In this document: positions 50,631 to 63,200 of the stretch, in pieces | Layout of the letters: each line of letters begins with the position of its first letter | How positions within the stretch are numbered: the first letter of the stretch is position 1 | Source: Torpedo marmorata | Taxonomy: Eukaryota | DNA: 64,000 nucleotides | Assembly: GCA_977017645.1 (NCBI GenBank) | Contig: OZ360220.1 | Span: forward strand, 161,386,001-161,450,000 | Reading direction: 5' to 3' | Translations under genes and position numbers: made by a program | The notes under the pieces: generated by a model | What the model was told of the DNA's origin: nothing | Seen by the model: only the letters and a program-made list of their open reading frames with translations | The model's database searches: none

Positions 50631-50775
50631 ATAATTAACCCCCTCCACCAAGTTTACAGATAAAGCCTTACCAATATACTTAATACTAAATAAAGACTCT
50701 TACTGGGCAGGGATAAGGAGACACTTTGGGAGAGTCGCCCCAGCAGCGTGTGGCATTGACCTGCTCTTCACCTTG

Positions 50776-51030
50776 GTGTCCCGGTCAGGCCCTCGGCGCA
50801 ACCCAACTCACCTCCACGCCAGTGTCCCAGTCAGGCCCTTGGCGCAACCCGACTCACCTTCACGCCAGTGTCCCGGTCAGGCCCTCGGCGCAACCCGACT
50901 CACCTTCACGCCAGTGTCCCGGTCAGGCCCTCGGCGCAACCCGACTCACCTCCACGCCAGTGACCTGATCAGGCCCTCGGCGCAACCTGACTCACCTCCA
51001 CGCCAGTGTCCCGGTCAGGCCCTTGGCGCA
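50776..51030. repeat. 46-bp minisatellite, about 5.5 copies
   Basis: Unit gtgtcccggtcaggccctcggcgcaacccgactcacctccacgcca starting at 50776, 50822, 50868, 50914, 50960 and 51006. Confidence 0.92.
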
Positions 51031-52467
51031 CCTTCCCCGCACTGACAATCCGGCTCATTTCCACGCAAGTGGCGACAGCGAAAAGAATGCACGTGCATTG
51101 AGGGGCATTACTTATTCAGTGGGGCAAACCTGCGCATGTCCAACGAAGTCTCAGCGCTCCCCCGTGGGATCCATCCGCCCAGTCTTATTTATTTGAATGC
51201 ATTTATATATTTATTTCCTCAATTTTTTTTGCCAGTTGTTTGTTTCCGGTTAATTGAATGCCAGATAATGGGGATTTTACTGTATACCATTAATTACAAA
51301 GTATCCTGGGATATTCTTGTGGTGAAATACCCTGTTGAAATGCCACTGTCCCAGATGAGCTAATGACTAAATTAAAAAGAATTGTACATGGAAGCCAGAT
51401 TTGGAAAGATCACATGAGAGGAGCAGCTCAATAAGTTTACAAACACAGCATGAAACTATGCAACTGCTGGCCAGATGACACAGTTAACTGAAGTTTTAAA
51501 TTAATGACATGCACAATGAGAAAAACAAAAATTGCTGGAGGAAGCAAGAAGTACTTTGCAGAAAATAATATCAGCCACAATGTGGTGATCACACTCACGA
51601 ATCATTAACTGCCACATCCCGTTAATCTAGAAATAGGCAGTTCAATTAAAGTTGGGGGGGTGGGGGGAGAAAGGGTGGAGCTATCTGCATCTACAAAACT
51701 ACATACGCTCTCCAAGATTGGATAGGGTTAGGTTGAATTGATTTGGTGAGTGACATGAAGGTTCACTAATCCCCAAAAATTGCAAATTCTAAGAGAACAA
51801 AATAAAATGTTAAGATCAAGGAAGAAGATGGTAAATTATCAATAACCACTAAACTAACATCAGAGCCTTTGGCTGAACATAGGGACACAAATTACACAAC
51901 CTTGTTTTAATTTTGTTGTATCTTTCCTATTATACAGTATTGTTCAATGATAACGGACAACCAAATCCTGAAGATTTAAATATAACAATTGGCTAAATTA
52001 GATACTCAAAAGATTTTCTTATGGTTTGCATTGGAATTATCACTGATCACCAAGGGTTTTTCAACCAGAACACAGGAAGCAGATCAATCTCCCTCCTCAG
52101 TTTGTTACTTGATAAAGTAATGCCTTGACTATAGATAGAATCCATTCACTTGTTTTCAAATTGCCCCATAGCCTGGCTCCATCCCTTCTCTAATTCATCC
52201 AATCCATCAGCATTTCTCCATCATCTCCAAGTTTAATTGCTCCTTTAAACACATCTCTGGTTGCAAAGGTTTAATATTTCTAGTCATCTGCCCTGCATTT
52301 CCTTGCATGGTATCAACTTTTGTTTGATAACGTATTCTATGAAGCTCTGAGATAATTACATCAAACAAAATAAAAAAGCCATTAATCCCAAATGGCCTTT
52401 TGACATTGTATAGGAAGTAGGCACAAAACAAGATTTATGATAGATAGATTTGTACGTTAATATTTAC

Positions 52468-52755
52468 CACTGGATTGACTATTGGGTTGATCCTGCTCAG
52501 AACAGCGTTGAGCCCCATCCTCACCAATCACAACACAGATCTCCGCTACCTCACGTGCGTTTTCATTAACGTTATTGTTGCTCTTGTGATCTTTGGATTC
52601 ATCTTGCCACAACTCAGCATTCACTTCACTCTCATCATCTCTTTTTTCAGTCTTTATTGCTGCATCAAGGGAACTCATTGTGTTGGCCTTTATCCAGCAC
52701 TTCTTAAAATTTTGGTCAGAATCAGTTGGAGTCACTGCAACAATCCTTTCAAATT
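52468..52755 (-). CDS. ZNF618: ZNF618 N-terminal-region exon (...IKTEKRDD...LWQDE...AEICVVIG...)
   Basis: 288 nt, tttttcccctaacag acceptor, G|gtaaat donor, open. KTE, WQ and AEICVVIG motifs as in mammalian ZNF618. Confidence 0.9.
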
Positions 52756-53094
52756 CTGTTAGGGGAAAAATATATATTAATGTCTATATTTGCTTCCCTA
52801 GCTAATTTTATATTTTAGTGATAAATCAATATAAAGGTAAACAGCTTAAATTTTTAACTTTTCAAATGTCTTCAGTTTTAGGTTAGTTAGAAAGCTACAA
52901 GCTTCAATTAGTTTATTCTTCACTTGACTGAGCGAAAAAGAGCACTTTATCAATGTTACAGGTTTATGTCTGTTGTGTGGATTGTAGTAGCGGTTACAAA
53001 TAATGATATTTTAAAGAATCATCTCCAAATACTTCCTCATAATAAAATGAGCTTCCAAAAAACTATCCGAGTGATAAAGTCAGAGCCTTACATC

Positions 53095-54110
53095 AAGGTA
53101 ACAGGTCCACAGGCTCAGCGTGTCCATGTCAAACTAGATCAAAGATATAGGAGCAGAAGTAGGCCATTCAGACCATCAAGTCTGCTCCACCATTCCATCA
53201 TTCTCCCATTCAGCCCCAACTCTCCTGCCTTCGCCCCATAACCTTTGATGCCCTGATTTAGTCCCACTTGCCTGCATTAGGGCCCATACCCCTTCAATCC
53301 CTCCCATTCATGTAGTTATCCAAGTATTTCTTAAAGGATGCTATTGTACCTGCCTCCACTTCTTAGCTTGTTCCATGTGCCCACAACCCTGAGTGAAGAA
53401 CTATCCCCTCATCCCCCTTCCAACTCCCACCCCCTCACCTTAGTTATGCCCTCTCGTCTTATCCCTTCATGATTTTATAGACCTCAATAAGATCCCCTCT
53501 CAACCTCCTACGTTCTAAGGAAAATATGCCAAGTTTTTCCAGTCTCTTACGACAACTAAACTTGCCTAATCCCAGCAACAACTTTGAAAACCTCTTCTGT
53601 ACCCTTTCCAACTTCATAATATCCTTTCTATAGCTGTTCTCGTTCAATTTACCCAAATGCAGCACCTCATACTTCTGAGTGTATCTGTCATTCCTTAGCT
53701 CAGTTGAAAACCCAGGTAACCTTCACTGTTCACCATGGCACATATTTTCATGTCATGAGCGAACTTACCTTGCCACAAACATCCTTGTCCAAATAATTTA
53801 TGTGCATTACAAAAAACAAGGATGCTAGTAACAGAACCCTGCAGTAATCCATTGGTCACAGTAAATTACCTTCTACAACTTTCTGACTATCACTAATTCA
53901 ATCTTTTACCCAATTAGCTTGCTGGACTCCTATCCAATGTGCCCTAATGTTTCACACCAACCTACCATATGAGACCTTAACAAATGCTTTACTAAAATTC
54001 ATATAAATAACATCAAATGCCTTGTCCTCATCTACTCTGTCACCTTTTCAAAAAATTCTATCAAGTGTGTGAGACATGATTTCTCAGGAACAAATCCATG
54101 TTAGCTGTCC
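53095..54110 (-). mobile_element. Old CR1 LINE fragments
   Basis: YRKDIMKLERVQKRF..FSLERRRLRGDLIEVYKIMKG. Confidence 0.78.
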
Positions 54111-54254
54111 TTATTTTTCCCCTGGCCATCCCAAGGCTATCTTTTGCTACCTCTCCCAAGCATAAGAACAAAATCTCCACTGATGCTTTGGTGTAATGCT
54201 GAGGGAATTTATTTGTGTCAGAGATGCTGCATTTTACATGAGACTTGAAACAGT

Positions 54255-55366
54255 GGCCTTTTCACACCGCCGAAGTTTGACGACCCTCCTAGGACCCGGG
54301 TAAAGTTCTCGGGAAGGCTGCACCTCCGGGGCCTTTCACACCGCAGCCTTACTTACCTGGTAAATCGGCAACCGGGCATTTTAAGGGGGGTCCTGCCTCC
54401 AGCGATGACGTCGCGAGTGACGCGTTACGCACTCACAGGAAGCGTTTTGTACTATCCTTGCAAATTTTTCTTCTATTTAAAAAAAAATCCTTTTGCATGT
54501 AGGTCTGATTTGAACTTTCCAGCAATATTTTAATTTTTAAAATCCAATTACATGCATTTTTAAATGTAGATCTTTAGAGTCGCATTTTCCCTGTTGAACT
54601 TTAATTTCACACCGACCCAATGTTCGTCGACAAAAGCTCAGCACCGGACCAGCCAATGGGAATCACGGGGGGAAGGGGCCACGGTCATTCGGAGGGCCCC
54701 TGCAGTGCTTGCGGCTGGAGGTGGCCGGTACCGGGAGAACTGCAGCAGCGGGATCAATGGCCGTATTCATTACCCATAATCCCTCACACAGCTGGAACCG
54801 TTCTGCCAGTGCCAGGGAAACGCAGAGCGGTTCCAGCTGCGTGAGGGATTATGGGTAACGAAGACGGCCATTGATCCCGCATTGAGCTGCCGCCGCCCTG
54901 AGCGGGCCTGTTGTTTTTTGATTTCAGTGAATAGGTGAAAGCCAATCGACAGGAGCGTTGAAAGCTACAAGTTTTGCAATTTTAAAATACTTTAAATATT
55001 GTGGCTTAGTTCCCTTTGGCATCATTAAAGTAACATTTCTATTGTTGTATCTCTTATTTCTATTGTTATTTGACGGCTTGTCAGTCAGTCAGGGGTTTTA
55101 TGTGACGCACGCACTCGCTGATGTCACGAAGCTTACCTGGTAAGCCATTTGTGCTTTTTACATCGCCAGAAGGGGATTGGCGGGTGAACTCGGCTGGGCT
55201 CCGAGAGTAACCCCCCCCCCCCCCCCCAAGGTCTCGGAGCCCGGTCGATTTTGACCTGCCTTGCTTGGTTGGGACATTTCACACCGCACGATTACCAGGT
55301 AAGTTACTGGGTAAATTGCCCGGTTAACCCACATGTACCACATGTACTCGGCGGTGTGAAAGGGCC
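54255..55366. mobile_element. PIF/Harbinger-like non-autonomous element
   Basis: TIR ggcc(t/c)tttcacaccgccga; cag on both flanks (possible 3-bp TSD); subterminal sequence shared with 19499-19844. Confidence 0.75.
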
Positions 55367-55523
55367 TACAGTCTTTCTGCTCTCCCCTAATTGGAAAGAA
55401 TTCATGGTACCATTTTAATAATAGGAAAAATTGTCTCGCCATTTCTTACCATAAATAGATCCTCAACCAACCATTACAGGAAATTTCACTATTAGCATCA
55501 CCAGATTTGCTAAATTTAAATTA

Positions 55524-57324
55524 CCGTATATTTCGGCGTATAAGTCGAGTCTTGAAACCCTCAAAAATCTCTCAAAAAATGGGGGTCGACTTATACGCCA
55601 GATATACTTTTGAGACCTTAAAATCAGCTCAAAAACCACTCCACGCCGATTCGGCGTATAAGTCGACCCTTGAAAACACGATTCGGCGTATAAGTCGACC
55701 CTTGAAAACCCGATTTGGCGTATAAGTTGACCCTTGAAAAACCAAAAAAAACCCCGACTGCAACAAATTTTCATCGACATTTTTATTGAAAACAACAAGA
55801 CATTTAGGACCCTTCAAAATCACTTTCGCTATTATCGTCTGAGGCAAAGATCTCGGCAAGCACATCCAGGGTCTCACTATTTAAACAGTCATCGTATGGG
55901 TCCCAGTCTGTATCTGATGAGGCAGCTTCACCTTCGTCGTCAGTGTCCCACAATAAATCATCTTCCGTACCATCAATTGCACAAGAGATACCGCACTTTT
56001 AAAACTATTTTATTAGTCTCTACTTTCACTTTGTCCCATGCCTTGAGCACGAAGTCACGCAGCACATCAAGCGATGCAGCACGCATTGCCCCGCCTTTTG
56101 TAAATGATTTTTCTGCACTCGACATCCATGTATTCCATTCTTCACGCACATGGTCTTTGAATGGCTTGTTCAAGCAGACATCGAGAGGTTGCAATATAGA
56201 CGTCAAACCACCCGGGATAACCGCCATGTAAGTATTATGTTGTGCTAATCTACTTTTAGTCTTCTCAGTTAAGTGGCTACGAAACATATCCCAGACCAGC
56301 AAACTCCGTTCCTTGCGTAAACCACCTGGCCGCTTGTTCCACACATTGTCTATCCATAGTCTTACACCATTTTCATCCATCCATCCTTTTTCATGAAAAT
56401 GTACAAAAATACCTACAGGGAATTTTATTTTAGGTTTAAATTTACGTTTGAAGATTACCATGGGTCTTAACTTTGTCCCGTCGGCCATGCACTGTAAACC
56501 TGGTCCTTTCATGGCCTGTACTCCTCATTTGCACAGTTTTCACACCTTTCCATTCCACTGTTCTATTGCCTATCATGTCAAAATTCATGGGGGTTTCGTC
56601 CATGTTTCTAATATTTGCCAATGCAAACTTGTGTTTCTGCCGGTTATGTAAAATAAACTGGTGAAAACTTACAACTTTATGATCAAGATCTTTTGGTAGT
56701 TTCTGAGCAATTTTTGTTTTTTGTCGTAATACCAGATTTTTCCTGTTCATGAAACGGTTGCACCAGCCTACTGTAGCTTCAAAATCATTACTGAGTTCTG
56801 GGTGCGACTTTGCCCACTTCAGTGCAAATGTTCTTATTTTATTTCGGGTGACAATGTAACAATCTTGCCTCTGTTCACGTACCCATGCTGCGACATGATT
56901 TTCCAACTCTGGCCAACGAGTGATTCCTCTTCTCATCGAACATTGCCTTTTTGGTATTTTTCTTAAAGTATCTTCTTTCTTCCTCCAATCTCTTTCCAAC
57001 TTCTCATATATGTCAAATTTTCTTGCAGCAGCACAGTTGTTGGTTTTCTTGGCCATTTCTATCACTTTTAATTTAAAACTCGCCTCATACTTTCTTCGTT
57101 TCAATTGAGCCTCCATGATAACAATCACCTCCAGCCAACGGCCAGCAGCTAAATCAGCGCGATCGTTGTGGGTCGACCTATACGCCGGTCAACGCTCAGC
57201 ATCTCAGGCATCGTGATTTTTGGGGGTCGACTTATACGCCGGATATACAATAAAACCATTAAAATGAGGCTGAAAAAGGGGGGTCGACTTATCCGCGAGT
57301 CGACTTATACGCCAAAATATACGG
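55524..57324 (-). mobile_element. pogo/Tc2-type (Passer) transposon, full-length copy 2 with frameshifted transposase
   Basis: TA TSDs at 55522-23 and 57325-26; 25-bp TIR CCGTATATTT(C/T)GGCGTATAAGTCGA; 11-bp deletion near 56490 and a second shift near 56005 relative to copy 1. Confidence 0.95.
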
Positions 57325-58367
57325 TAGTTCTTAAAGTTGAAGATGAAATTCACTACACAAATGCAAATTCTTAAAAAAAAAAATCACAGTATACATTATT
57401 TCTGCATGCTTAACTTTGTCTTGTGTCAGCTCTTAATGTCTACATGAACCAAACATGTCTTTGTAAATAAGGAATGATGAAAGGAGAGAAGAAATCTGTA
57501 TTTTTATGTTATTGCTGTGTATAAAGCAGTAGATTTTCAGCCATTATGTTAGAGATGTTGAACAAATCCTGATCAGGACAATATTCTTCTCTCCCTCAAA
57601 GTAACATGGGATCTGTTATATCTACCCAAACAGCCTTAATAGGATGAATCAAAAAATGTTTGCTCCTCTGACTTTGCGGTATCCCGATGGCAGTCCACAA
57701 AAGCATCAGACTACACGATTCATTCAACTTTCTCCAATCTAAAATTCCAATTATTATCACAGCCTATGCAAGCAAACATGCCGATCTGAAATTTACATAC
57801 ATATGCACAATACCAAATGGGAAGTTAACTTCAGCAATCCTCAGCAGGTCAGGCAGCATTAATCGAGTTTGAAACAGTGGGAACATTTCAGAACAATCCC
57901 TTCATCAGAAGAGATTACTTTTTAATCTCTAGTTTTTTTTCCCAGATGCAACCCGATCTGCTGAGCATTATCCAAAATAAAAACAGAAAATACTGGCAAC
58001 ATGTTAAGAGTTTGAGATTCAAAAATCCAGGAACTTTTAATTCCAATGTGCATTTATATGTTAATGCACGAACAAAGTATATAAAACATTGCATGTAAAA
58101 ATAGAGGCTTAGAAGCTTACTGCAGAGAACAGCTTATTGCAATAAAGGAACCTGTCAGCTTGAGCTATCCAAATAGCACAGAATTTTTCATGCAAATGTT
58201 CAAAGTGTTACACCAATTTTAAAACACAGTATAGCATCCAAAAAATCTTGTGCATCAACGAGAAATTAAGGACCAACATAAAAAGTTGCATGCTGAGTTT
58301 AGGAAAAAAATGCATTTTTAGGGTAACCATCGTGGCTTCCAGACATCCCATAACATCATATAAACAA

Positions 58368-58750
58368 TGAAGTAAAAACAGTGCTGGAGAAACTCAGCTG
58401 GCATTAACATCGACTTCTCCGGTTTCCGCTAGCCGACTCTCCATTCTCCCTTCCTTCCCTTACCCTTTGTCTTCTTTCCTCTAGGTCTCCACCCACTTCC
58501 CTCTCCATTAAGAGCCATCCCTCCTCGCCTGCTTGCTGGTGTACCCTGCCTCCCTTATCCACCTATTACCTCCTGCCTTTATGACCGCAGTCCTCCCCCT
58601 GCCATTTTGTCCATAACTTGAAGGGCTCAACCCCAAAACGTTGGTTATGTACCTTTATCTTTGCTACATAAAATACACTGACCAGCTGAGTTTCTCCAGC
58701 ATAGTGTTTGTACTTCAACTACGGTGTCTGCAGACATTCGTGTTTTACTT
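58368..58750 (+). mobile_element. Penelope pLTR-derived repeat with short inverted head
   Basis: gctggagaaactcagctgg ... gaagggctcaaccccaaaacgttgg ... cagctgagtttctccagc. Confidence 0.7.
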
Positions 58751-59329
58751 TCATACAAACAATGAATTATTTTTGATGTGATCTCTGCAAATTGAAGTGC
58801 AAATAGACAGCCACAATGTAAATACTGTTTTGAGGAACTGACAGATATTCAACTGAATACAGAGGAAGAATCTACTTCAAAATATGCCATGAAATATTCT
58901 TTTTTAATGTCACTTGTTCAATGTTAACATTAATGAGGGACAATTCTTTGATTCAATGCTCCCTCCGTATTACACCAGAGTATCAGTTCTCATTTAGGGC
59001 ACTGATCAAACCAAGACACCAATAACTTTCAGAGCGTTTTTTTTAACTACTGGTACTTATAATCTTACATCGATCAATTAAACACACACACGAAACCAAG
59101 GCTCTTGGTGTCTGCTGTGAAGATTAGTTGCAGGCTTTTTGTAGCTTTCTCTCCAACACGGAGCTCATAACAATAAATAACAGTTCTAAAACAAGTAGTT
59201 CAAAAATACATTTATAATGAATGTGACTTGCCATGGCACCTTAGGAATAGGATCAATGTTGGCCAGAAACAGGCATTCCATTCATTGACAAGACTCAAAT
59301 GTTGCCAAGTACTGCTCCATGCTATCACT

Positions 59330-60250
59330 ACTTTCTAAATTTAGTCAGTTTTCAGGATATAGATTAAATTTGCATATTTGAATATTTCTGCGTCAGTGTA
59401 CACTTGTCTCCCTTTTAAGATTGAGAGAAATCAATTTACCTATCTTGGTATTACAGTTACAAAGAATCATAAGTATCTTTTTAAAGAAAATTTCCTTGCT
59501 TTATTAAAACATGTGAAACAGTCCCTAACGCAATGGTCACCCGTCTCTATCTCTTGTTGGTCGTATTAATTCTATTAAAATGAATATTTTACCAAAATTT
59601 TTATAACTTTTTCAATCTATACCAATTTTCATTCCCAAATCGTTTTTTGATTCACTTGATTCGGCTATATCGTCTTATATATGGAAGGGTAAACGCCCTC
59701 GTCTAAACAAAGTCTATCTTCAAAAATCCAAAAGTAATGGAGGTATGGCGCTACCTAATTTCAGATTTTATTATTGGGCGGTCAATATACATAGCCTTAT
59801 GTTTTGATTACATTTTCATAATTGAGTGGACTGTCCAGTTTGGGTAGCAATGGAGCTGAATTCTGCTAAAAACTTTTCCATCTCAGGACTTCTCGGATCC
59901 TCACTTCCATTTTCTTTAAATAAATCAATTGACAATCCGGTTGTCAGGCAGACTCTGAGTGTTGGGGCGCAGTTCAGAAAACATTTTGGATTTCATGGTT
60001 TGTCTCTCTCAAGTTCTATTCTGTCCAATCATCTTTTTCAACCTTCTTTACACGATTTTGCTTTTCATGATTGGTACAGATTGGGTATTGAACGTTTCAA
60101 AGATCTTTTTATAGACAACAGTTTTGCATCATTTGAACAGCTTTCTGAAAAGTTCAACTTACCAAATACTCATTTTTTCCGATATTTACAAATCAGACAT
60201 TTTCTTCAATCTCAGATTCCTAATTTTCCTAGGGCATCTGAAGCGAACAT
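59330..60250 (+). mobile_element. L1-clade ORF2 internal fragment (degenerate)
   Basis: FTYLGI, GGMALPNFRFYYWA, FASFEQL..FFRYLQIRHF motifs. Confidence 0.85.
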
Positions 60251-63200
60251 TATTTATTTATTTATTTAAAAAAGATTTTATTTTTCATTTTCAAAATTTT
60301 CACAAAACATGAAATAAACAATCACGAATATACATAAATTTCAACCGTATCAAGTACAGAATACATTACGCCCCTTAACTCTCCCTCCCCCACCCAAAAA
60401 GAATAAAACCAAAACAGAAGAAAAAGAAAAAGAAATCGAAACGTACCTTCAGCGCTTACAACTTTTGTCCAAGTATTTGGGGATGACACACCCTTAAAAT
60501 AATTATACCTTACAGTATACCATACCTCAGGGGTTTGATTACAACTGAGCCCCAATGTGCTCCAAGTATGGTTGCCACACTTCAACAAAGTTATCGTACT
60601 TATTTCTAAGACTATATGTAATTTTTTCCATGGGGATACAGCTGTACATTCCCGTAGACCATCGAGTGATGAGAAGGGGGGAGTAGGACTTCCAAGTAAC
60701 TGCGATGCATTTTTTTTGCTACGGACAGAGCAACTTTTACAAATTGAATTTGGAATTTTGATAATCTGTTGCTTATGTCCATGAGGTTTCCTAAAAGATA
60801 CAACTCCGGGTCTAGTGGGAAGGCTACTCCCGTAATCCTAGTTAGTATGTTAGCCAAATCATGCCAAAATGGCCTTACCTTTGCACATGACCAGGTGGAG
60901 TGTAAAAAGGATCCAATTTCCATCCCACACCTGAAACACATTTCTGATATCTCTGGTTTTGACTTGTGTAGTTTTTGTGGTGAGATACAATTGGTGTAGG
61001 AAATTATATTGAACCAGTCTATATCTGGCATTAATGACTGCTGTCATGCTATCTAAACACCAGTCTGACCAGCATCGTTCGTGAATTGTTGTTCCCAAGT
61101 CCGACTCCCACCTCTCTCTCAATCTTTGTAGGCCCGGCTTAGGGCTTTCGCTTTGGAGTACGAAATACATTCTAGATATGAATTTAGGTGCATTTCCCAA
61201 TCGAAGTAACTTTTCCATTTCATTACACCTAGGTGGGATCATTGTAGGACCCCATCTATCCCTCAAGAAGGACCTTAGTTGAAGAAAACAGTAGAAGGTT
61301 CGATTAGACAAATCATATTTACTCTTCAATTGCTCAAAAGACATAAGTTGTCCTTTCTCGTAACAGTCTTCAAATATATCGGAATCCCTCTGGTGCCAAA
61401 TGTTTAAAATTTTGTTACCCAAAGCCATGGGTATAGTTTCGCTTTGGATCAAAGGTGCCTTTGGTGATATTTCCACCTTTCCTCCAGTACATTCAATGAT
61501 TTCCTGCCAAATCTTAATCATATGTTTTAGAATGGGATTGTCCGTTCGCCAAGATATTAATTTGGTGTTCCATTTGTAGATAAAGTCCTTCGCTATTTTC
61601 TCTCCTATGGTGTGTAGTCCAATTTGGACCCATGAGGGGGGATCGTCCCCCCGAAAAAGGATGAAAGAAACCTCGACTGAGCTGCTAAATAATATTTCTT
61701 AAAATATGGTAATCGCAAACCCCCCAAATTGTAATTCCATGTCACCTTCTCCATGGAAACTCTGGAGACCTTACCACTCCAGATAAATTGCTTTACACGT
61801 CCGTTAAGTGCTTTAAAAAAGACCCACGGCAATGGGATTGGCAAGGACTGAAAGAGGTATTGCAGTCTCGGCATCACCTTCATTTTAATGCAGTTCACCC
61901 TGCCCACTAGAGTAATGGGCAGGTCTCTCCACCTAAGTAAATTGTCTTCGATCTTTCCAAGCATAGGGAGGTAGTTAAGTTTATACAAATTTTGCAAATC
62001 ATTGTCAATCATTATTCCCAAATATTTAATACCCTTTGGTTGCCACTTAAAGCGACTCTTTTGTTGATATTCCCCGTAATCAAATTTTGTCAATGGCATG
62101 ATCTCACTTTTTTCTAAATTGATTTTGTAACCCGAAATCATGCCGTAATGTTCCAGTGTGGTCTGCAAACTGGCGAAGGACTCGGCAGGGTCTGTCAAAT
62201 ACAACAACACATCATCTGCAAATTAATTTTATGTTCCACCTGGTCCACCCTGAATCCTTTTATGTCTGGGTCCCGCCTAATAGATTCTGCCAGTGGCTCA
62301 ATTGCCAAGATAAAAAGACCTGGAGACAGTGGACATCCCTGTCTGCTAGACCTACTTAAGGGGAATGTCGACGATATCTGGCCATTCATAATGATCTCGG
62401 CCTGAGCTTTGTAATAGAGCGTTCTTACCCAATTAATAAATGATTCTCCCAATCCAGATTTCTCCAGTACCTTGAATAAGAAAGGCCATTCCAGCCTATC
62501 GAAAGCTTTTTTCCGCATCCAGACACGGCTATACTTGGGTCTGCCTTTGATTGTGCCAAATGTATAATACTCAATAGTCTGCCCAAATTGTTGGCCAAGT
62601 GTCTCTTCTTAATAAAGCCGACTTGGTCCGAATTTATCAATTTTGGTAAATATTGACCCAATCTATTAGCCAATGTCTTGGCTATTATTTTGTAGTCCGC
62701 ATTTAATAATGAAATGGGCCTGTATGAAGAAGGGTTTAATGGGTCTCTATTTTTCTTTGGTATAACCGTAATAATAGCTGTTGAAAAGGATTCCGGGAGA
62801 ATCCGTGTTTCCGCCGCCTGGTTAACTACATTCATAATAAGAGGCATCAAAAGATCCTTAAACTCTCTGTAGAAATCAGGCGGGGAACCATCTTTTCCCA
62901 GCGATTTATTCGCCCGTAGAGAACCCAAGGCTTTTTCAATCTCCTCTTCGGAGAATGGGGCACCTAATTCCATCTGATCCTCCTGGTCCAACTTTGGCAA
63001 TTCAATCGTGGACAGGAACTCATCTATTGTAGTTGAGTCACTTGGCGACTCTGACTCATACAATTTTGCATAAAACTGTTTAAAAGTGTCATTGATCTCT
63101 TTTGGATTGTACGATATCCCGACTGAACTGCATTAATTGTCCTCGAAGTCTCCTCTGTCCTCAATTGCCAAGACAAAAACTTATTTGCTCTTTCCCCTAA

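Larger units (their letters stand above)
50333..51282. mobile_element. Tigger/pogo-type non-autonomous element
   Basis: TA flanks; TIR (c/g)agtaaaatccccattatctggca at both ends. Confidence 0.82.

Noticed and set aside
50776-51030. 46-bp array as CRISPR, and its overlapping ORFs as genes
   Set aside because: Head-to-tail minisatellite without spacers; the ORFs are repeat artefacts.
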